IMG/VR virus record: IMGVR_UViG_3300008255_000170
Coordinates: 1-49,957 of that record
Direction: 5' to 3' (one strand)
Source of the DNA: a virus
Taxonomy: Duplodnaviria > Caudoviricetes
DNA length: 49,957 bases
Below, piece after piece: positions 9,458 through 20,560 of the stretch. The stretch's first letter is position 1; each line of letters begins with the position of its first letter. A model generated the notes under the pieces. It was not told where the DNA came from and ran no database searches. It was given only the letters and a program-made list of their open reading frames with translations. Both the position numbers and the translations under genes were made by a program.

Positions 9458-9919
9458 ATGAACAAAACACAGCTTATTCATGCGATTGTGGCTGCCTCAG
9501 CAACACTTGGCATTGAAGCAATGACAGATGGCGATATTAAGCAGTTATCCGCTCATCTTGATAGCCTAAATCAGCGTATTACTGAGAAAAATGCTGATGC
9601 TGGTAATGGCGATACTGGCACTGGTGATGCTGGCACTGGCGATACAGGTAATGGTGATACCGACATTAGTCAACTAGATACTGGCGGTGATACTACCCAG
9701 AAGGATCCAAAATTGTTAGGCGACGATGGCACTGTTGAGCCACAAACAGGTGGTGGTACAACACAACCAGATCCAAAGGTAATGGTTCAATCCAGTGTGA
9801 CCATTGAAACCCGCCGTCCAGATGGCACTAAATTGCGTTTAGTTGCCGATAAAGCGACCGAGATCACCGCTGATGATTATGCGCTGATTAAAGTGTTGGA
9901 TTATGTCAAGACGGTTTGA
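9458..9919 (+). CDS. Head morphogenesis protein at the gpFI position, with a G/D/T-rich linker
   Basis: Synteny after the major capsid gene; helical N-terminus, low-complexity linker carrying GGDTTQKDPK and GGGTTQPDPK. Confidence 0.6.
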   Translation: MNKTQLIHAIVAASATLGIEAMTDGDIKQLSAHLDSLNQRITEKNADAGNGDTGTGDAGTGDTGNGDTDISQLDTGGDTTQKDPKLLGDDGTVEPQTGGGTTQPDPKVMVQSSVTIETRRPDGTKLRLVADKATEITADDYALIKVLDYVKTV

Positions 9920-10280
9920 TTTTGACGCCGCAGTAAGGCGTAGCGATAAAGTAGTGTTTGGCACTATTGGCGTTGCGGCTTACTTCACGGCAAAAGGTCA
10001 GGCAGATCGCAGGGAGGCGACTGTCGACACCATTTACCACAATGATTTACGTATTCAGGATGATTACGGCAACTTTGTCGGTACCTACGATGGCCGCGCT
10101 GATGGCTTAACCATTGATAGCCATTTTCTTGAGTTTCAGCGCCATGAGGTCAATGACAAGCAAAGTGGTGCCATTATTGAAACACTCGATAGCGCTATGA
10201 ATATCACTGCTAGATATCGCCTCGAACAAATTGCCGCGCTCGATCAGTTTAGTGTTACTTATTCGGTTATTAAGCTATGA
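9903..10280 (+). CDS. Head-tail connector (gpFII position)
   Basis: Synteny and size (125 aa), beta-rich. Confidence 0.55.
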   Translation: MSRRFDFDAAVRRSDKVVFGTIGVAAYFTAKGQADRREATVDTIYHNDLRIQDDYGNFVGTYDGRADGLTIDSHFLEFQRHEVNDKQSGAIIETLDSAMNITARYRLEQIAALDQFSVTYSVIKL

Positions 10281-10900
10281 GTTCATACGCAGTTTTTGAT
10301 AGTAGCGAGCTAGATCGGCTGGCTCGCGACTATGGTTTAAGCAGTGAAGCCGCGAAACGTGCGCTATCAGAAACCATTAACCATTTCGCAAACGTCACCC
10401 TAAATGAATCAGTGATGCGAATAGGTAAAGAACTGAATCTTACAGAAGCTTATATCCGCGGCAAAATTTCAGTTTCCACTAAATCAAAACCAAAAACGCT
10501 TGAGGCTATTGTTAGTGCCAATGTTAGACCATTGCTGCTTAGTAGATTTGATCCTATTCAGCATTTTAAAACAGGTAAAACTAAAGGCGCGGTACCCAAT
10601 GGGGTATCAATCAAAGTCAAAGCTAATGGCGGCCGTTCACACATGCAAAGCGGTTTTATGATACCGCTGAAACGAGGGCGAGAAGGTGGAGCAGGTGCAA
10701 AAGGATTAGCTGTTCGACCACCACCGGGCATGAAGCTTAGCCCCAGTGCTCAACGTGAAGTAAATAAGCGTGGCTTTGCCATTTTACATGGTCCAAGTGT
10801 CGACCAAGTATTTAGAACTTTACTGCCTGATCTTGCGCCCTCAGGTGAAGAAATGATGCTCCACTTGTTGGACCTATTGGAGAAAGAAGCCAATGCCTGA
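10277..10900 (+). CDS. Minor tail / tail completion protein (gpZ-like)
   Basis: Basic 207 aa protein ending LHGPSVDQVF; synteny. Confidence 0.75.
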   Translation: MSSYAVFDSSELDRLARDYGLSSEAAKRALSETINHFANVTLNESVMRIGKELNLTEAYIRGKISVSTKSKPKTLEAIVSANVRPLLLSRFDPIQHFKTGKTKGAVPNGVSIKVKANGGRSHMQSGFMIPLKRGREGGAGAKGLAVRPPPGMKLSPSAQREVNKRGFAILHGPSVDQVFRTLLPDLAPSGEEMMLHLLDLLEKEANA

Positions 10901-11336
10901 AGTTGAAAATCGTCAGCTACCCATAGAGATCTCTAATGCCATTAAAGAGGCTATAGCGCTTAAGTTACCCGAGGCGAATATTAAACGTGGCAGTATTTAT
11001 TTTTATCTGACTCCAGACTTATCAAACTTACCCATTATTACCATTGAAGGTGGAAGTGATAAGGCGACTCATAAGCCGGGTGGTAAATCCATTCATCACC
11101 CAGAGAAACAGTGGACTATCAGGGCAACAATAGACACCTCAGATGTTGATGACCCTGAGGTTGAATTAGAGCAACAACTAAGGGCCATTCGATTGGCCCT
11201 TTTTTATGGTGAAACTGATTTTTGTCTTATTCAGCTTGAAGAAGTGGAAGGCGCTCAGTTTTCATTGCCACAACCAGGTATCCCAGTCGCCAGTATCAGT
11301 TTTATTGTGAAAGCCAGCTTTAACGAACCTATCTAA
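10893..11336 (+). CDS. Tail terminator protein (gpU position)
   Basis: Acidic 147 aa protein directly before the tail tube gene. Confidence 0.55.
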   Translation: MPEVENRQLPIEISNAIKEAIALKLPEANIKRGSIYFYLTPDLSNLPIITIEGGSDKATHKPGGKSIHHPEKQWTIRATIDTSDVDDPEVELEQQLRAIRLALFYGETDFCLIQLEEVEGAQFSLPQPGIPVASISFIVKASFNEPI

Positions 11337-11360
11337 CCTGTAAAACCCAAGGATCACACT

Positions 11361-12074
11361 ATGAAAGAATTTGTGCAAAAAGCCTTTATTGGCTCTGGCC
11401 GTATTTATTTAAATAACCGCCGAGTAGGTAACTGTGGCTCAGCAAAGCTTGCTTATGCAGTGGAAAAGAAAAGCCTGAAAAACATGGAAGGCGGCGGCGG
11501 TAACTTAGCCAGTAATGAACGTATTTCTGAAGCAAGTCTTGCGCTTAACGTAAGTAACTTGAACGCTGAAAACATTGCGCTGGCACTGCAGGCCACTATC
11601 GGCACTGTACTCGAAACAACGGTAACTGCTGAACCTGTTCAAGCTTATACCAACGGCTTAGCTGTGACTCAGTACATGATCGATACGACTAAACCAGTAA
11701 CAGTGACCAGTGCTGCTGATGTGGCCATTGCCGCCAGTAATTATGAAGTCCGTGCGGCAGGTATTGTGCTTAAAAATGGTTATACCCATACCGATGGCGA
11801 CAATATCAAAGTTACCTACACTATTCGCGCCTCACAGGTCCTACAAGCCGCTGTAGCTTATGGCGCCGAGGTTACTGTTGTTCTTGATGGTATGAATGAT
11901 GATAACGGCGATCCACACGTACTGAAAGGCCACCGCTGGAAACCTGCCCCCACCACCGGCTTTGATCTCATTGGTGAAGATTACGCAGCATTTGATCTCA
12001 CTGGCGAACTTCTTGCCGATACCACCAAACCCATTGGTAAGTCGCAGTTCTTTGAATTGCACTTAGCTTCCTAA
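11361..12074 (+). CDS. Major tail tube protein
   Basis: FIGSGRIYL...VGNC and FDLTGELLAD pattern typical of siphophage tail tubes; synteny. Confidence 0.8.
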   Translation: MKEFVQKAFIGSGRIYLNNRRVGNCGSAKLAYAVEKKSLKNMEGGGGNLASNERISEASLALNVSNLNAENIALALQATIGTVLETTVTAEPVQAYTNGLAVTQYMIDTTKPVTVTSAADVAIAASNYEVRAAGIVLKNGYTHTDGDNIKVTYTIRASQVLQAAVAYGAEVTVVLDGMNDDNGDPHVLKGHRWKPAPTTGFDLIGEDYAAFDLTGELLADTTKPIGKSQFFELHLAS

Positions 12075-12116
12075 CACACCGCCACCGCAGCGAATCGCTG
12101 TGATGTGTGTACCTAT

Positions 12117-12143
12117 AGCCCAGTCACTGACTGGGCTTTTTTT
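12117..12143 (+). terminator. Intrinsic terminator between tail tube and tape measure genes
   Basis: AGCCCAGTCA-C-TGACTGGGCT followed by a T run. Confidence 0.7.
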
Positions 12144-12160
12144 TGATTAACAGGTGATTT

Positions 12161-15100
12161 ATGTCGTTTAAAGATAAAGTAGTTAACCTATATTTGCGCG
12201 GGAAGGATCTTTTCACGCCCGAATCTAATAAGGTCAGCCAAGCTTTATCTAAACTCAAAGACGAAAGCGCCGATCTACGTACAGAATTTACCAAGCTTAA
12301 AGCCGCTGAAAAAGAAATTGCTAAAGCGGATCAATTACAGCAATACGCCGCTAAAGCAGAGCAAGCATTAAATGATGCGAGACAGGAGTTATCAAAAACC
12401 ACCAAAGAATATGATGATCTCACGTTATCGTCACGGGAAAGTGGCGCCGCTGTAAAAAATGCTGCTGCAGAAGCGGCTAAAGCGGAAAAAAATTATCAAT
12501 CGTTAACGGATAAGTTACGCGCTCAGAACACGCTATTAGACGCCGCAGGCGTTGACACTAAAGACCTTGCCAGCGCCAACCAAAAACTGCAGCAGAGTAT
12601 CGCAGGCGTTACCGCAGATCTTGATAAGTTAGAAGCTGCTGAAAAGGCGATTGCTCGCCAAGCCGAATTAGAAGCCCACTTAAATGAGGTGGCCAAAGGG
12701 CTTAAAGAAGCTAAAGCCGAAGTCACTAAATATGCCCAAGCTATTGATGGCAGCAAAAAAGCCAGTAAAGAGCAGCGAACCGAGCTAAAGCTTGCTGAAT
12801 CCGCAGTTAGACGCCTATCAACAGATTATGAAAAAACCAGCGCGACACTTGCAGAACTTAAAGGCAATATTGAATCTGCAGGTATTAGCAATCGTTCTCT
12901 GGCGTCCTCTCAATCTGAGTTAGCCGATAAAACCAAAGCATTAAAGGTCGAACTGGCTAACCTGCAGGCATTGCAGAAAAATACCGCCGCCGCCAACAGT
13001 TATAACGCTGAAATTGAAACTGCAAAGCAGCGCATGATAGAAGCGGCGGCTGCCGCTGAAAAGCTTAAAACAGCGTATAGAGATACTGATACAGATATCG
13101 CTAATGCTGCCAATAACCTTAAGCGTGCCTCTGCAGAGGCAGGTAAAGCTGAGGCTAACTACACCAAGCTATCAAGCCAACTCGCTCAGGTAAAAGCCTC
13201 ACTGCAAAATGCTGGGGTTGAAACAGACGATCTCACCAATGCGAATAAGAAACTGGTCAGTGAGCTAAATCGTGTTGAGACTGAGATTAAAAACAATCGA
13301 TCACAAGTAAAAGCGCTTGGTGGTCAGTATGCAGCACTAAAAGAAAAAGCGCTTGATGTTGCCAGTGGAACTAAAAGCCTAGTTACTGAATTACTCGCGT
13401 TTGGTACCGCATATTTGGGGATCCGTGAAGTCGGTAATGCCTTAGCTAATTTATTAAATACAGGTGGTGGCTTTGAGGATTTTAGGGCTCAGTTAAAAGC
13501 TGTTTATGACGATGGCGCTAAGGGTGATGCAGCCTTTGCATGGATCAAGGCGTTTTCGCGGGAAACCCCTAACAGTATTGCTCAAGTCACTGATGCGTTT
13601 TTAATCCTTAAGAACAACGGCATGGATCCCATGGATGGGACGTTGCGTAAGCTTATTGCAGCGAATACTAAGTATGGCCGTGGCCAAGAAACCCTTATCC
13701 CAATTATTCGCCAAATGTCGCAGGCATGGGCCAAAGGGCAGCTAACCGCCGAAGATGCAAACACGACTATTGAGAACGGTGTACCTGTTTGGGAATTGCT
13801 CTCTAAAGCGATGGGGCGCAGCGTAGGTGAACTACGTAAAATGTCCGAGGCAGGGCTATTAACTCGCCCAGCGATTGCAGCATTGTTTAATGAAATGGAA
13901 CGCTCATCTATCGATACGATGGCCGAGCGCATGACGACTTGGAACTCTCAGTTAGTCAAGTTTAAGGATCTATTCACTGAGTTTAAAGCGCTTATCGCAG
14001 ACTCTGGTGTGCTGGATTATTTCAAAGATCAGCTTGTCGGTATTAACACCGAAATGAAAGCCATGGCCGAAGATGGCCGTTTAAAGGCTATTGCTGCTGA
14101 GTGGGCCGGGTGGATTGTTACTACAGCTAAAAGCACGAAGGAGTTTGTTACCGGCTTAGTTGCAGATTTTGATGCACTCGCTTTACGTACTAGCCAAACC
14201 ATGGGTGTTGTACAAGTCGGTTTTAACGTTTTCACTATTGCGATAAAAGGTTTCGCAGTTGCTCTATTGAGTGTTTTTGAAAGCATTGCCAAAGGTGCGG
14301 CAAATGTTGCAGAGGCTTTTGGTACCGAGGAAATGGCAAAACGCGCCCGTGATGGTGCTAATGCGATTACTGCCATTAATGATGCGTTTAAAAAGGAAAC
14401 CCTGCAGGACGCACAAGATATTAAAGATGGTTGGGAAAAGCTAACAGGCGAGGCTTATGAGGCCACTAAAGCTAACTATCAAGGTATGTCTGGCGCGGCT
14501 GATGAAGCGGGAATCGCACAAAAGAAACTGATCGATGAAATGGTCAAGGCTGCTGGTGATATCAGCGATAAACTTGATCTACAGGGTGAAGCCTTTAAAG
14601 CATTGGGCGTTAAATCTGCCACTGTGCTGCAGAACTTGGCTAACGATGCCAAGAATGCCTATGAAACCATTAAAAGCGGTGAGGCGCCACTTGCTCAGCA
14701 ACAAAAAGCGTTTTTAGCATGGGCTAAAGCTTCTATACAAGCGGCGACTGCTGCAGGTACCTATGTTGATAACCAGGTGGCTATCGAAGCGCAAAACCTC
14801 AATGTGGTTAAGTCATTTAAAGAGTTAGAGGAAAAGTACGGCGAAGTTGCAACCAGCGCAAAAACAGCTTCACAAACTGAAAAAGAAGCTGCGAATAGCC
14901 GGATTGAGCAACTTAAGCAACAAGCTGATGCCTCAAGAGCTTACTATCTTTCAGTACAGGAAGGGTACAAGTCAGGCAAAGTCTCTGCAGAGGAATTAGA
15001 TATTGCCTCTCAGCAGCTTGTCACCTCAACTATTGCCCTAAGTGATGCTCAAAAAATTGTTGGCACCAGCACCGCAGCGATGGGTGAAGGTATTCAGGCT

Positions 15101-16669
15101 GCAGCCAAAGATAGCGTTGCCTTTTTACAAGCACAGAAAGAAGCCTATGATGCCGTAGCTGTTGCCGCTAAGAAAGCCTTTGATGATGGCACAGGCTCTG
15201 CAGAAGATTACCTTGCTGCTGTACGCGATCTCACCTTAGCCAATGAGCGACTACAGAAAGCGCAGAAAAAACAGTCGGAAGAAACTGCAGGTCAAACGCA
15301 ACAGGTTAAGGCGTTTGAAGCTGCTATGAAGGCTGCCAATATCACTACTGTTGCTGCCATGAAGGAGCAAGAGCAGACCGCTAAAAAAGCCTATATTGCA
15401 TCTAAAGAAAATGCGGCCATTGGGGTTGCCTCTGCGAATGATGTTAAAGAGGCGTTCCTTAAGTGGGCTGAATCCTCTATTCAAGTCGCTGCCGCCACAG
15501 GTAAACAGGTCGATGCCAGCATACTTGCCCAAGCTGCAAATCTTAATCTAAGTGGATCCGTAGAGGATTTGATTAAGCGTTATATGCGGCTTAAAGATGT
15601 GCAAAATAATCTTGGCAAAGAGAGCGAAAATACAGCAGATAAGGTTGATAAAAGCGCGACTGAAATCGGTACTACCATGCAGAACGGCATGGGTATTGTT
15701 GTAAAAAGTGCCGAACAAGCAGGCGAAAGCTTAGGCGGTGTTGCCCAGTTCTTTACTGATTTTTTAAAAGGCGTACAGGCTCAGGTCGCGGCATTGAGTA
15801 CCGGCGCTGTTGACTACTTTAAATCTATTCTCTATGGCCAAACATTACTGACAGATGGCCGTAGCGAATTAGAAAAGACCAGAGAAACCTATCAAAAACT
15901 AAGCTCTACCATTAGCGACCTGCAAAATACTTTAGCCAAGAGTATCGATTTTACAGGAATTAGCTCTTATGCCCGTAAGGCTGAGATTATAGGTAAGCAA
16001 ACTGAGAAGGCTTATTATGGCCAACAAATTCGCATGTTGGAGTTGGTCGAGGCATTAGAGAAAGGTGATAACGCTAATCTTAAAATTATCAATAGTGCTG
16101 AACGGGCAGCAAAAGGATTTAACCTCTTAAACGATCAAGATATCAGCAAGCTTACCTCTGCGATTGAAAAAGCCAAATCTCGTATGGATGGCTTGCGTGA
16201 CAGTGTGCAAGATACGCTATCCACTTTGCAGGATGAACTTGATCAGTATCAAGGTAAGCAAGACCAAATTGAGGCCCGTCGATATGCAGAAGATAAAGCC
16301 AAACTTAAAGCGCAACTAGCTGAGGCCCAATCAACAGGCGATAAGCAATTAATTGAGCAAATTAAAGATGCTCAACGCACCTTAGAAGAAGTCTATAAAT
16401 ATCGGCTTGCAGAAGTTAAGGCTAGTCAAGCCGAGCAGCAGCAAACTAATCAAACCCAAACCGTCAATCAAAATACCAGCACTAACACCGCCAGTAGTAA
16501 AACCACAACAGTCACCGAATCGTTACCTACGCCTAGCCTTTCTACCTCAGGTGAGGTGGCTACGCTGCGCCTGGTTTATGGACCGATGACAATAGACGCT
16601 TTAGTTAAAAAGCAGTTATTAGCTGAGTTTATGGCACAGGTTGAACGTCAAAAAAGCTTAGGTAATTAG
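12161..16669 (+). CDS. Tail tape measure protein
   Basis: 1502 aa Ala-rich helical protein; tape_meas-type core (FSRETP...QAWAKGQL...ENGVPVWELL); internal repeats. Confidence 0.92.
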   Translation: MSFKDKVVNLYLRGKDLFTPESNKVSQALSKLKDESADLRTEFTKLKAAEKEIAKADQLQQYAAKAEQALNDARQELSKTTKEYDDLTLSSRESGAAVKNAAAEAAKAEKNYQSLTDKLRAQNTLLDAAGVDTKDLASANQKLQQSIAGVTADLDKLEAAEKAIARQAELEAHLNEVAKGLKEAKAEVTKYAQAIDGSKKASKEQRTELKLAESAVRRLSTDYEKTSATLAELKGNIESAGISNRSLASSQSELADKTKALKVELANLQALQKNTAAANSYNAEIETAKQRMIEAAAAAEKLKTAYRDTDTDIANAANNLKRASAEAGKAEANYTKLSSQLAQVKASLQNAGVETDDLTNANKKLVSELNRVETEIKNNRSQVKALGGQYAALKEKALDVASGTKSLVTELLAFGTAYLGIREVGNALANLLNTGGGFEDFRAQLKAVYDDGAKGDAAFAWIKAFSRETPNSIAQVTDAFLILKNNGMDPMDGTLRKLIAANTKYGRGQETLIPIIRQMSQAWAKGQLTAEDANTTIENGVPVWELLSKAMGRSVGELRKMSEAGLLTRPAIAALFNEMERSSIDTMAERMTTWNSQLVKFKDLFTEFKALIADSGVLDYFKDQLVGINTEMKAMAEDGRLKAIAAEWAGWIVTTAKSTKEFVTGLVADFDALALRTSQTMGVVQVGFNVFTIAIKGFAVALLSVFESIAKGAANVAEAFGTEEMAKRARDGANAITAINDAFKKETLQDAQDIKDGWEKLTGEAYEATKANYQGMSGAADEAGIAQKKLIDEMVKAAGDISDKLDLQGEAFKALGVKSATVLQNLANDAKNAYETIKSGEAPLAQQQKAFLAWAKASIQAATAAGTYVDNQVAIEAQNLNVVKSFKELEEKYGEVATSAKTASQTEKEAANSRIEQLKQQADASRAYYLSVQEGYKSGKVSAEELDIASQQLVTSTIALSDAQKIVGTSTAAMGEGIQAAAKDSVAFLQAQKEAYDAVAVAAKKAFDDGTGSAEDYLAAVRDLTLANERLQKAQKKQSEETAGQTQQVKAFEAAMKAANITTVAAMKEQEQTAKKAYIASKENAAIGVASANDVKEAFLKWAESSIQVAAATGKQVDASILAQAANLNLSGSVEDLIKRYMRLKDVQNNLGKESENTADKVDKSATEIGTTMQNGMGIVVKSAEQAGESLGGVAQFFTDFLKGVQAQVAALSTGAVDYFKSILYGQTLLTDGRSELEKTRETYQKLSSTISDLQNTLAKSIDFTGISSYARKAEIIGKQTEKAYYGQQIRMLELVEALEKGDNANLKIINSAERAAKGFNLLNDQDISKLTSAIEKAKSRMDGLRDSVQDTLSTLQDELDQYQGKQDQIEARRYAEDKAKLKAQLAEAQSTGDKQLIEQIKDAQRTLEEVYKYRLAEVKASQAEQQQTNQTQTVNQNTSTNTASSKTTTVTESLPTPSLSTSGEVATLRLVYGPMTIDALVKKQLLAEFMAQVERQKSLGN

Positions 16670-16679
16670 GGGGGGGATC

Positions 16680-17057
16680 GTGACAGCTAAAATCGACAAT
16701 ATAGAGCCGCAAATCACTCAGTTACTGTGGCTTAACCGCAATCAACAGTCACCATTTTTGAGCAATATGAAACGGGGAAGTAATGGGGCGCTCTTGATTA
16801 ACCAGACGCCTATTACCGTTGGAATGCCGATCATTGTAGGTACAAGTGAAGGCTGGATGCACCGTAGCGACTTTGAAGCGCTGCAGATACATAACCTAAC
16901 CACCACCACAGCTTTTACAGTGGAATTACATGGCAAAACTTGGCAAGTGATTTGGGATAACACCAGCGGCGCTGCGATCACCGGCGATGACTTATGGGCT
17001 GACATTAATGGCCATTCATTGCTAACCAATGTCGTTATGAAATTTTTAACCGTTTAA
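16680..17057 (+). CDS. Tail protein (distal tail position)
   Basis: GTG start after a G-run RBS; immediately follows TMP. Confidence 0.55.
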   Translation: MTAKIDNIEPQITQLLWLNRNQQSPFLSNMKRGSNGALLINQTPITVGMPIIVGTSEGWMHRSDFEALQIHNLTTTTAFTVELHGKTWQVIWDNTSGAAITGDDLWADINGHSLLTNVVMKFLTV

Positions 17058-17069
17058 AGGCCGTTTAAT

Positions 17070-19544
17070 ATGACTATTACCCGTTTAAATTTAAAAGTAT
17101 TCAAACCCGAGTTACTGGGTTCAAGTAATGAGGCTGGCGGCCAACGGACTAAGAACGTAGTGCAGTCTGGACAGCTTAATGAGCTATTTCCCGCGATATC
17201 CGATATCGACCATGCCCAATCCAGTATCGACATTGTAAAACCTTACCCTGCGCTCGATACGCCAGACACCAGCACTTTGATTGATGCACATGTGTTTATC
17301 AGTGAGCCACCGATAGACCCATTAGTTAATGTATTCATGATCGAGTCTGCCGCGCTGGATGATGAATCTCGCATGACGGATATGAAAGAGATCATTGAGT
17401 CGTCAGTCACTGCAGGAGAACTGATCCGCGAAGGTGGTCCCGGCTTCCTTGTGAACCAAAACTCATTTTCCTCAGATTATCTGCAGTCGTCTTATCGCTT
17501 TAATGACCGCGACTATTGGAAAACCACTTATCTGCAGGTTGGCCAAGTGATCTGCATCACCGTGGAATATCCAGGTATTGAAAACGTGGCATGGCCACGC
17601 AAAACCCATTTTTGCAAAGTAACGCGCACCAGCATAGTGAACGGTGCTGTGGGTACCGTAGTTTTTGAACCACCGATCCCCTTTGCGACACCAGAACCAG
17701 GTTTGCAAATCAATGGCCAGAGTAAATGCACTCGCTTGCGATTATCTAACACTGCATCCCCATTAAAATTCCACGGGGTAACTAAGCTGACTGCCGCCGC
17801 CAGCGGGGTAAATTTAGCTGTGGGCGCGACTCAATTATCGTTACTGCCTGCGATCACCACCTTAGCGCCAAAGCCAGGTAATACCATCACGGGCGGCAGT
17901 GATAACGGCGATGCCACTGTTAGCCAAGTGATCCGCAAAGTGATTAGCCAGCCAAGCGCAGAAGGGACGTACAGCTATACCTTCACCACAGCGGATTTAC
18001 TGATAGATACTGATGTTGTCACTGCAGTTTCTACCGATCCTTATGGAGTTTTCGCCGCGAGTAATTCATTAGTTCAGTCGATTACTATCGGAACGGGTAA
18101 CGTGACCGTTACGCTGCGGCCTGATGTGCGCTTTGTCAATAATCCCACTGTCTCGCTCTATTATGTTTCTGCGTATAAATACAGCATTTACTCAAGTGCT
18201 AATGCATTCCCTGCCAATAAGCAGTTAACGGTCGGCAGTATCAAAGGCCGCGCTGTGTTTGCTGATAGTAACTATGTGCCTCAGGACGTGTATGAAAATG
18301 TGAATAGCGGTATCGGTAAACTCTATGACGCCACTGAGTTGCTGGCGACCATTGATTATTTTACGGGTGTCGTTACCAAGCAAACGGTCAGCCGTGGTGA
18401 TTTTGAATTGACCTATTCAGGTTTAGTTGAATCAACCGCTGCAGCGGCAGCCGGCGATACTACTGCTAAATTTGCCTTGAGTGTGGCTAATCCATTGTTA
18501 GAAAGCTTTTACGTGCAGGTTGAACGGATATCAGACCACGCCATTATCAGCGCCTCATCTGACAACCAAGGCGTGATAACTGGCAGCGGCATTAGCGGCA
18601 CTATCGTAGATGGTTTGGTTGAACTGTTATTTACCAATCCGGTGGATTTAACCACGCTGCGCTATGACATTACCGACCAATTGCGCCAGCTACCACCCGC
18701 CGAGATTTACGGGCTAAACCCACTGCGTATCCCCAATGACGGTATTGTCGATATGTTCAGACGCTGGGGCACTGTCGCGCTTTCTCATACTCAAGTGCAG
18801 CAAGTTACAGACTCTATCGGTGCTGTATTTACGATTCGTGAAAATGCCCAGTTTGTGGATATTACTGATGCCAATGGCGCCAGCCTATGGACCAATAACA
18901 ATGACCATTTCACCGTAAATAAGGTGGCAGGAACGGTCACGATTAATAGTGATTTTACCGGGTTTACAGCGCCATTTGTGCTGAGCGATACCATTATGGA
19001 ACTCGGTCTAGTTTCATCGTTTTCAGGCAATAGCATTGTGTTGGCCAAGCCCTTAGCCCGTGAGTATCCAGCAGGTACCACACTAGCCAGTGTGCAAATC
19101 CTTGGCGACCTGCAGGCGCGTGTTGGCAGAGTGCGCGATATGACCGCTTGGGCCAATAACTGGGACCTCGATGGCGACCCAGCAACGGGCAACATGAATG
19201 CGGTTGACTATCCTATTGAAGTCAAAAACACCACTGCAGTGAATGAAGATTGGGTATTGATTATGACCTCAGCCTCCGCATTTCGCTGTGTTGGCCGCCG
19301 TCTTGGCCAAATTGCCACAGGTGATACGCTGAATGATTTTTCACCGATTAACCCACTGACAAATGCCCCGTATTTCATCATTCGCTCAGGTGCATGGGGT
19401 GGCGGTTGGCAGCAAGGCGAAGCGATTCGTTTCACCACGTTCGCGGCCTCAAATCCGATTATGTTGCTGCGAAATGTGCAGGTAGGTCATAGTCAAATCA
19501 CTACAGATAAAGCCGTATTGTCATTTTTCGGCAACGAGTCATAG
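17070..19544 (+). CDS. Tail tip / baseplate-region protein
   Basis: 824 aa beta-rich; N-terminal GGQRT...NELFPAISDID motif common in phage tail proteins. Confidence 0.65.
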   Translation: MTITRLNLKVFKPELLGSSNEAGGQRTKNVVQSGQLNELFPAISDIDHAQSSIDIVKPYPALDTPDTSTLIDAHVFISEPPIDPLVNVFMIESAALDDESRMTDMKEIIESSVTAGELIREGGPGFLVNQNSFSSDYLQSSYRFNDRDYWKTTYLQVGQVICITVEYPGIENVAWPRKTHFCKVTRTSIVNGAVGTVVFEPPIPFATPEPGLQINGQSKCTRLRLSNTASPLKFHGVTKLTAAASGVNLAVGATQLSLLPAITTLAPKPGNTITGGSDNGDATVSQVIRKVISQPSAEGTYSYTFTTADLLIDTDVVTAVSTDPYGVFAASNSLVQSITIGTGNVTVTLRPDVRFVNNPTVSLYYVSAYKYSIYSSANAFPANKQLTVGSIKGRAVFADSNYVPQDVYENVNSGIGKLYDATELLATIDYFTGVVTKQTVSRGDFELTYSGLVESTAAAAAGDTTAKFALSVANPLLESFYVQVERISDHAIISASSDNQGVITGSGISGTIVDGLVELLFTNPVDLTTLRYDITDQLRQLPPAEIYGLNPLRIPNDGIVDMFRRWGTVALSHTQVQQVTDSIGAVFTIRENAQFVDITDANGASLWTNNNDHFTVNKVAGTVTINSDFTGFTAPFVLSDTIMELGLVSSFSGNSIVLAKPLAREYPAGTTLASVQILGDLQARVGRVRDMTAWANNWDLDGDPATGNMNAVDYPIEVKNTTAVNEDWVLIMTSASAFRCVGRRLGQIATGDTLNDFSPINPLTNAPYFIIRSGAWGGGWQQGEAIRFTTFAASNPIMLLRNVQVGHSQITTDKAVLSFFGNES

Positions 19545-19555
19545 GAGTTATTGTA

Positions 19556-20560
19556 ATGGGATTACCAGTTACTGTTTATCGTTGGGATGATGCGGGGGCA
19601 CCGCAAATGTCAAAAGGTGTCAGACCTTCAGAACTAATCAACGTGCTCAAGAAGTGTCTGGTGGATGGGTACGGTTCAAAATCGGGTGCTGGCTGGTCGG
19701 TGGCATTTGAAGATGTAGCGACAAACCAAATTGTATTTCGCAACTCAACACTTGTAGGCTCAGGTGGGTTTGTTAAGTTTTGGCCTAAATCTGCTAGTAA
19801 TGCGTTGCAGACTCCAATATTCTTTCAGTCTGCAACATGGCTACCATCACTAGATCCAACTTGGTCGAGTACAAGCAATCGTGGTTGGCGTTGCGCCGTT
19901 GGTAATTCAGCACAAGCCTATAAGTGGTTAGTAATAGCTACGGCAGCAGGTTTTTATTTAATGACTCACGGTGATTCACCACTAAATGTAACACCGTTTG
20001 ACACAAACATAATGTTGAGTTTTTTCGTTGGTGATATTCACAGTATCATACCCAATGATTTCAACCGCTTTATCACATTTTCATCCCCGTCTACTTCTGA
20101 TGTGACTGATGCAGTATCGCCAGATTGGTCTTATGGGCTTGGGTACCTTACTAACAACTCAGGTGTTGCTAAAATGCACCAGACTGATGGTACTGATAAC
20201 CCGAAGCAAATGGTTCTATCCCTTTCCGCTGATGCGTTCCCGACCACCAGAATTAACGCATTACCTAGCGATGGTTTAGCAATGCTATTTACACCAGCCA
20301 GAGTTCAGGCCACTTCCATCAACCCTGCATCAACCAGTCCTACATTTTTGGACTCTGATGGTCAAAACATGTGTAACAGTAATCTACACCCTGCATTTAG
20401 AGGTTATCTACCCGGAATGTTTCAATCCTCATTCACTGGGTATAGTGGTTCACCTTTACCACTGATTCGAACTGTGAATGGTGTGGCATTCTACCATATA
20501 CCCATTGGTCATGTTGGTGCGGGTAATTTGTGGATTTCAACAGGTGATTGGTATGAGTGA
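19556..20560 (+). CDS. Tail fiber / receptor-binding-like protein
   Basis: N-terminal DAGAPQM...LINVLKKCLVDGYG...GWS motif; variable S/T-rich C-terminus. Confidence 0.6.
   Translation: MGLPVTVYRWDDAGAPQMSKGVRPSELINVLKKCLVDGYGSKSGAGWSVAFEDVATNQIVFRNSTLVGSGGFVKFWPKSASNALQTPIFFQSATWLPSLDPTWSSTSNRGWRCAVGNSAQAYKWLVIATAAGFYLMTHGDSPLNVTPFDTNIMLSFFVGDIHSIIPNDFNRFITFSSPSTSDVTDAVSPDWSYGLGYLTNNSGVAKMHQTDGTDNPKQMVLSLSADAFPTTRINALPSDGLAMLFTPARVQATSINPASTSPTFLDSDGQNMCNSNLHPAFRGYLPGMFQSSFTGYSGSPLPLIRTVNGVAFYHIPIGHVGAGNLWISTGDWYE

Noticed and set aside
16669-16676. G8 tract as a phase-variation switch
   Set aside because: Short, intergenic and adequately explained as the RBS of the next gene
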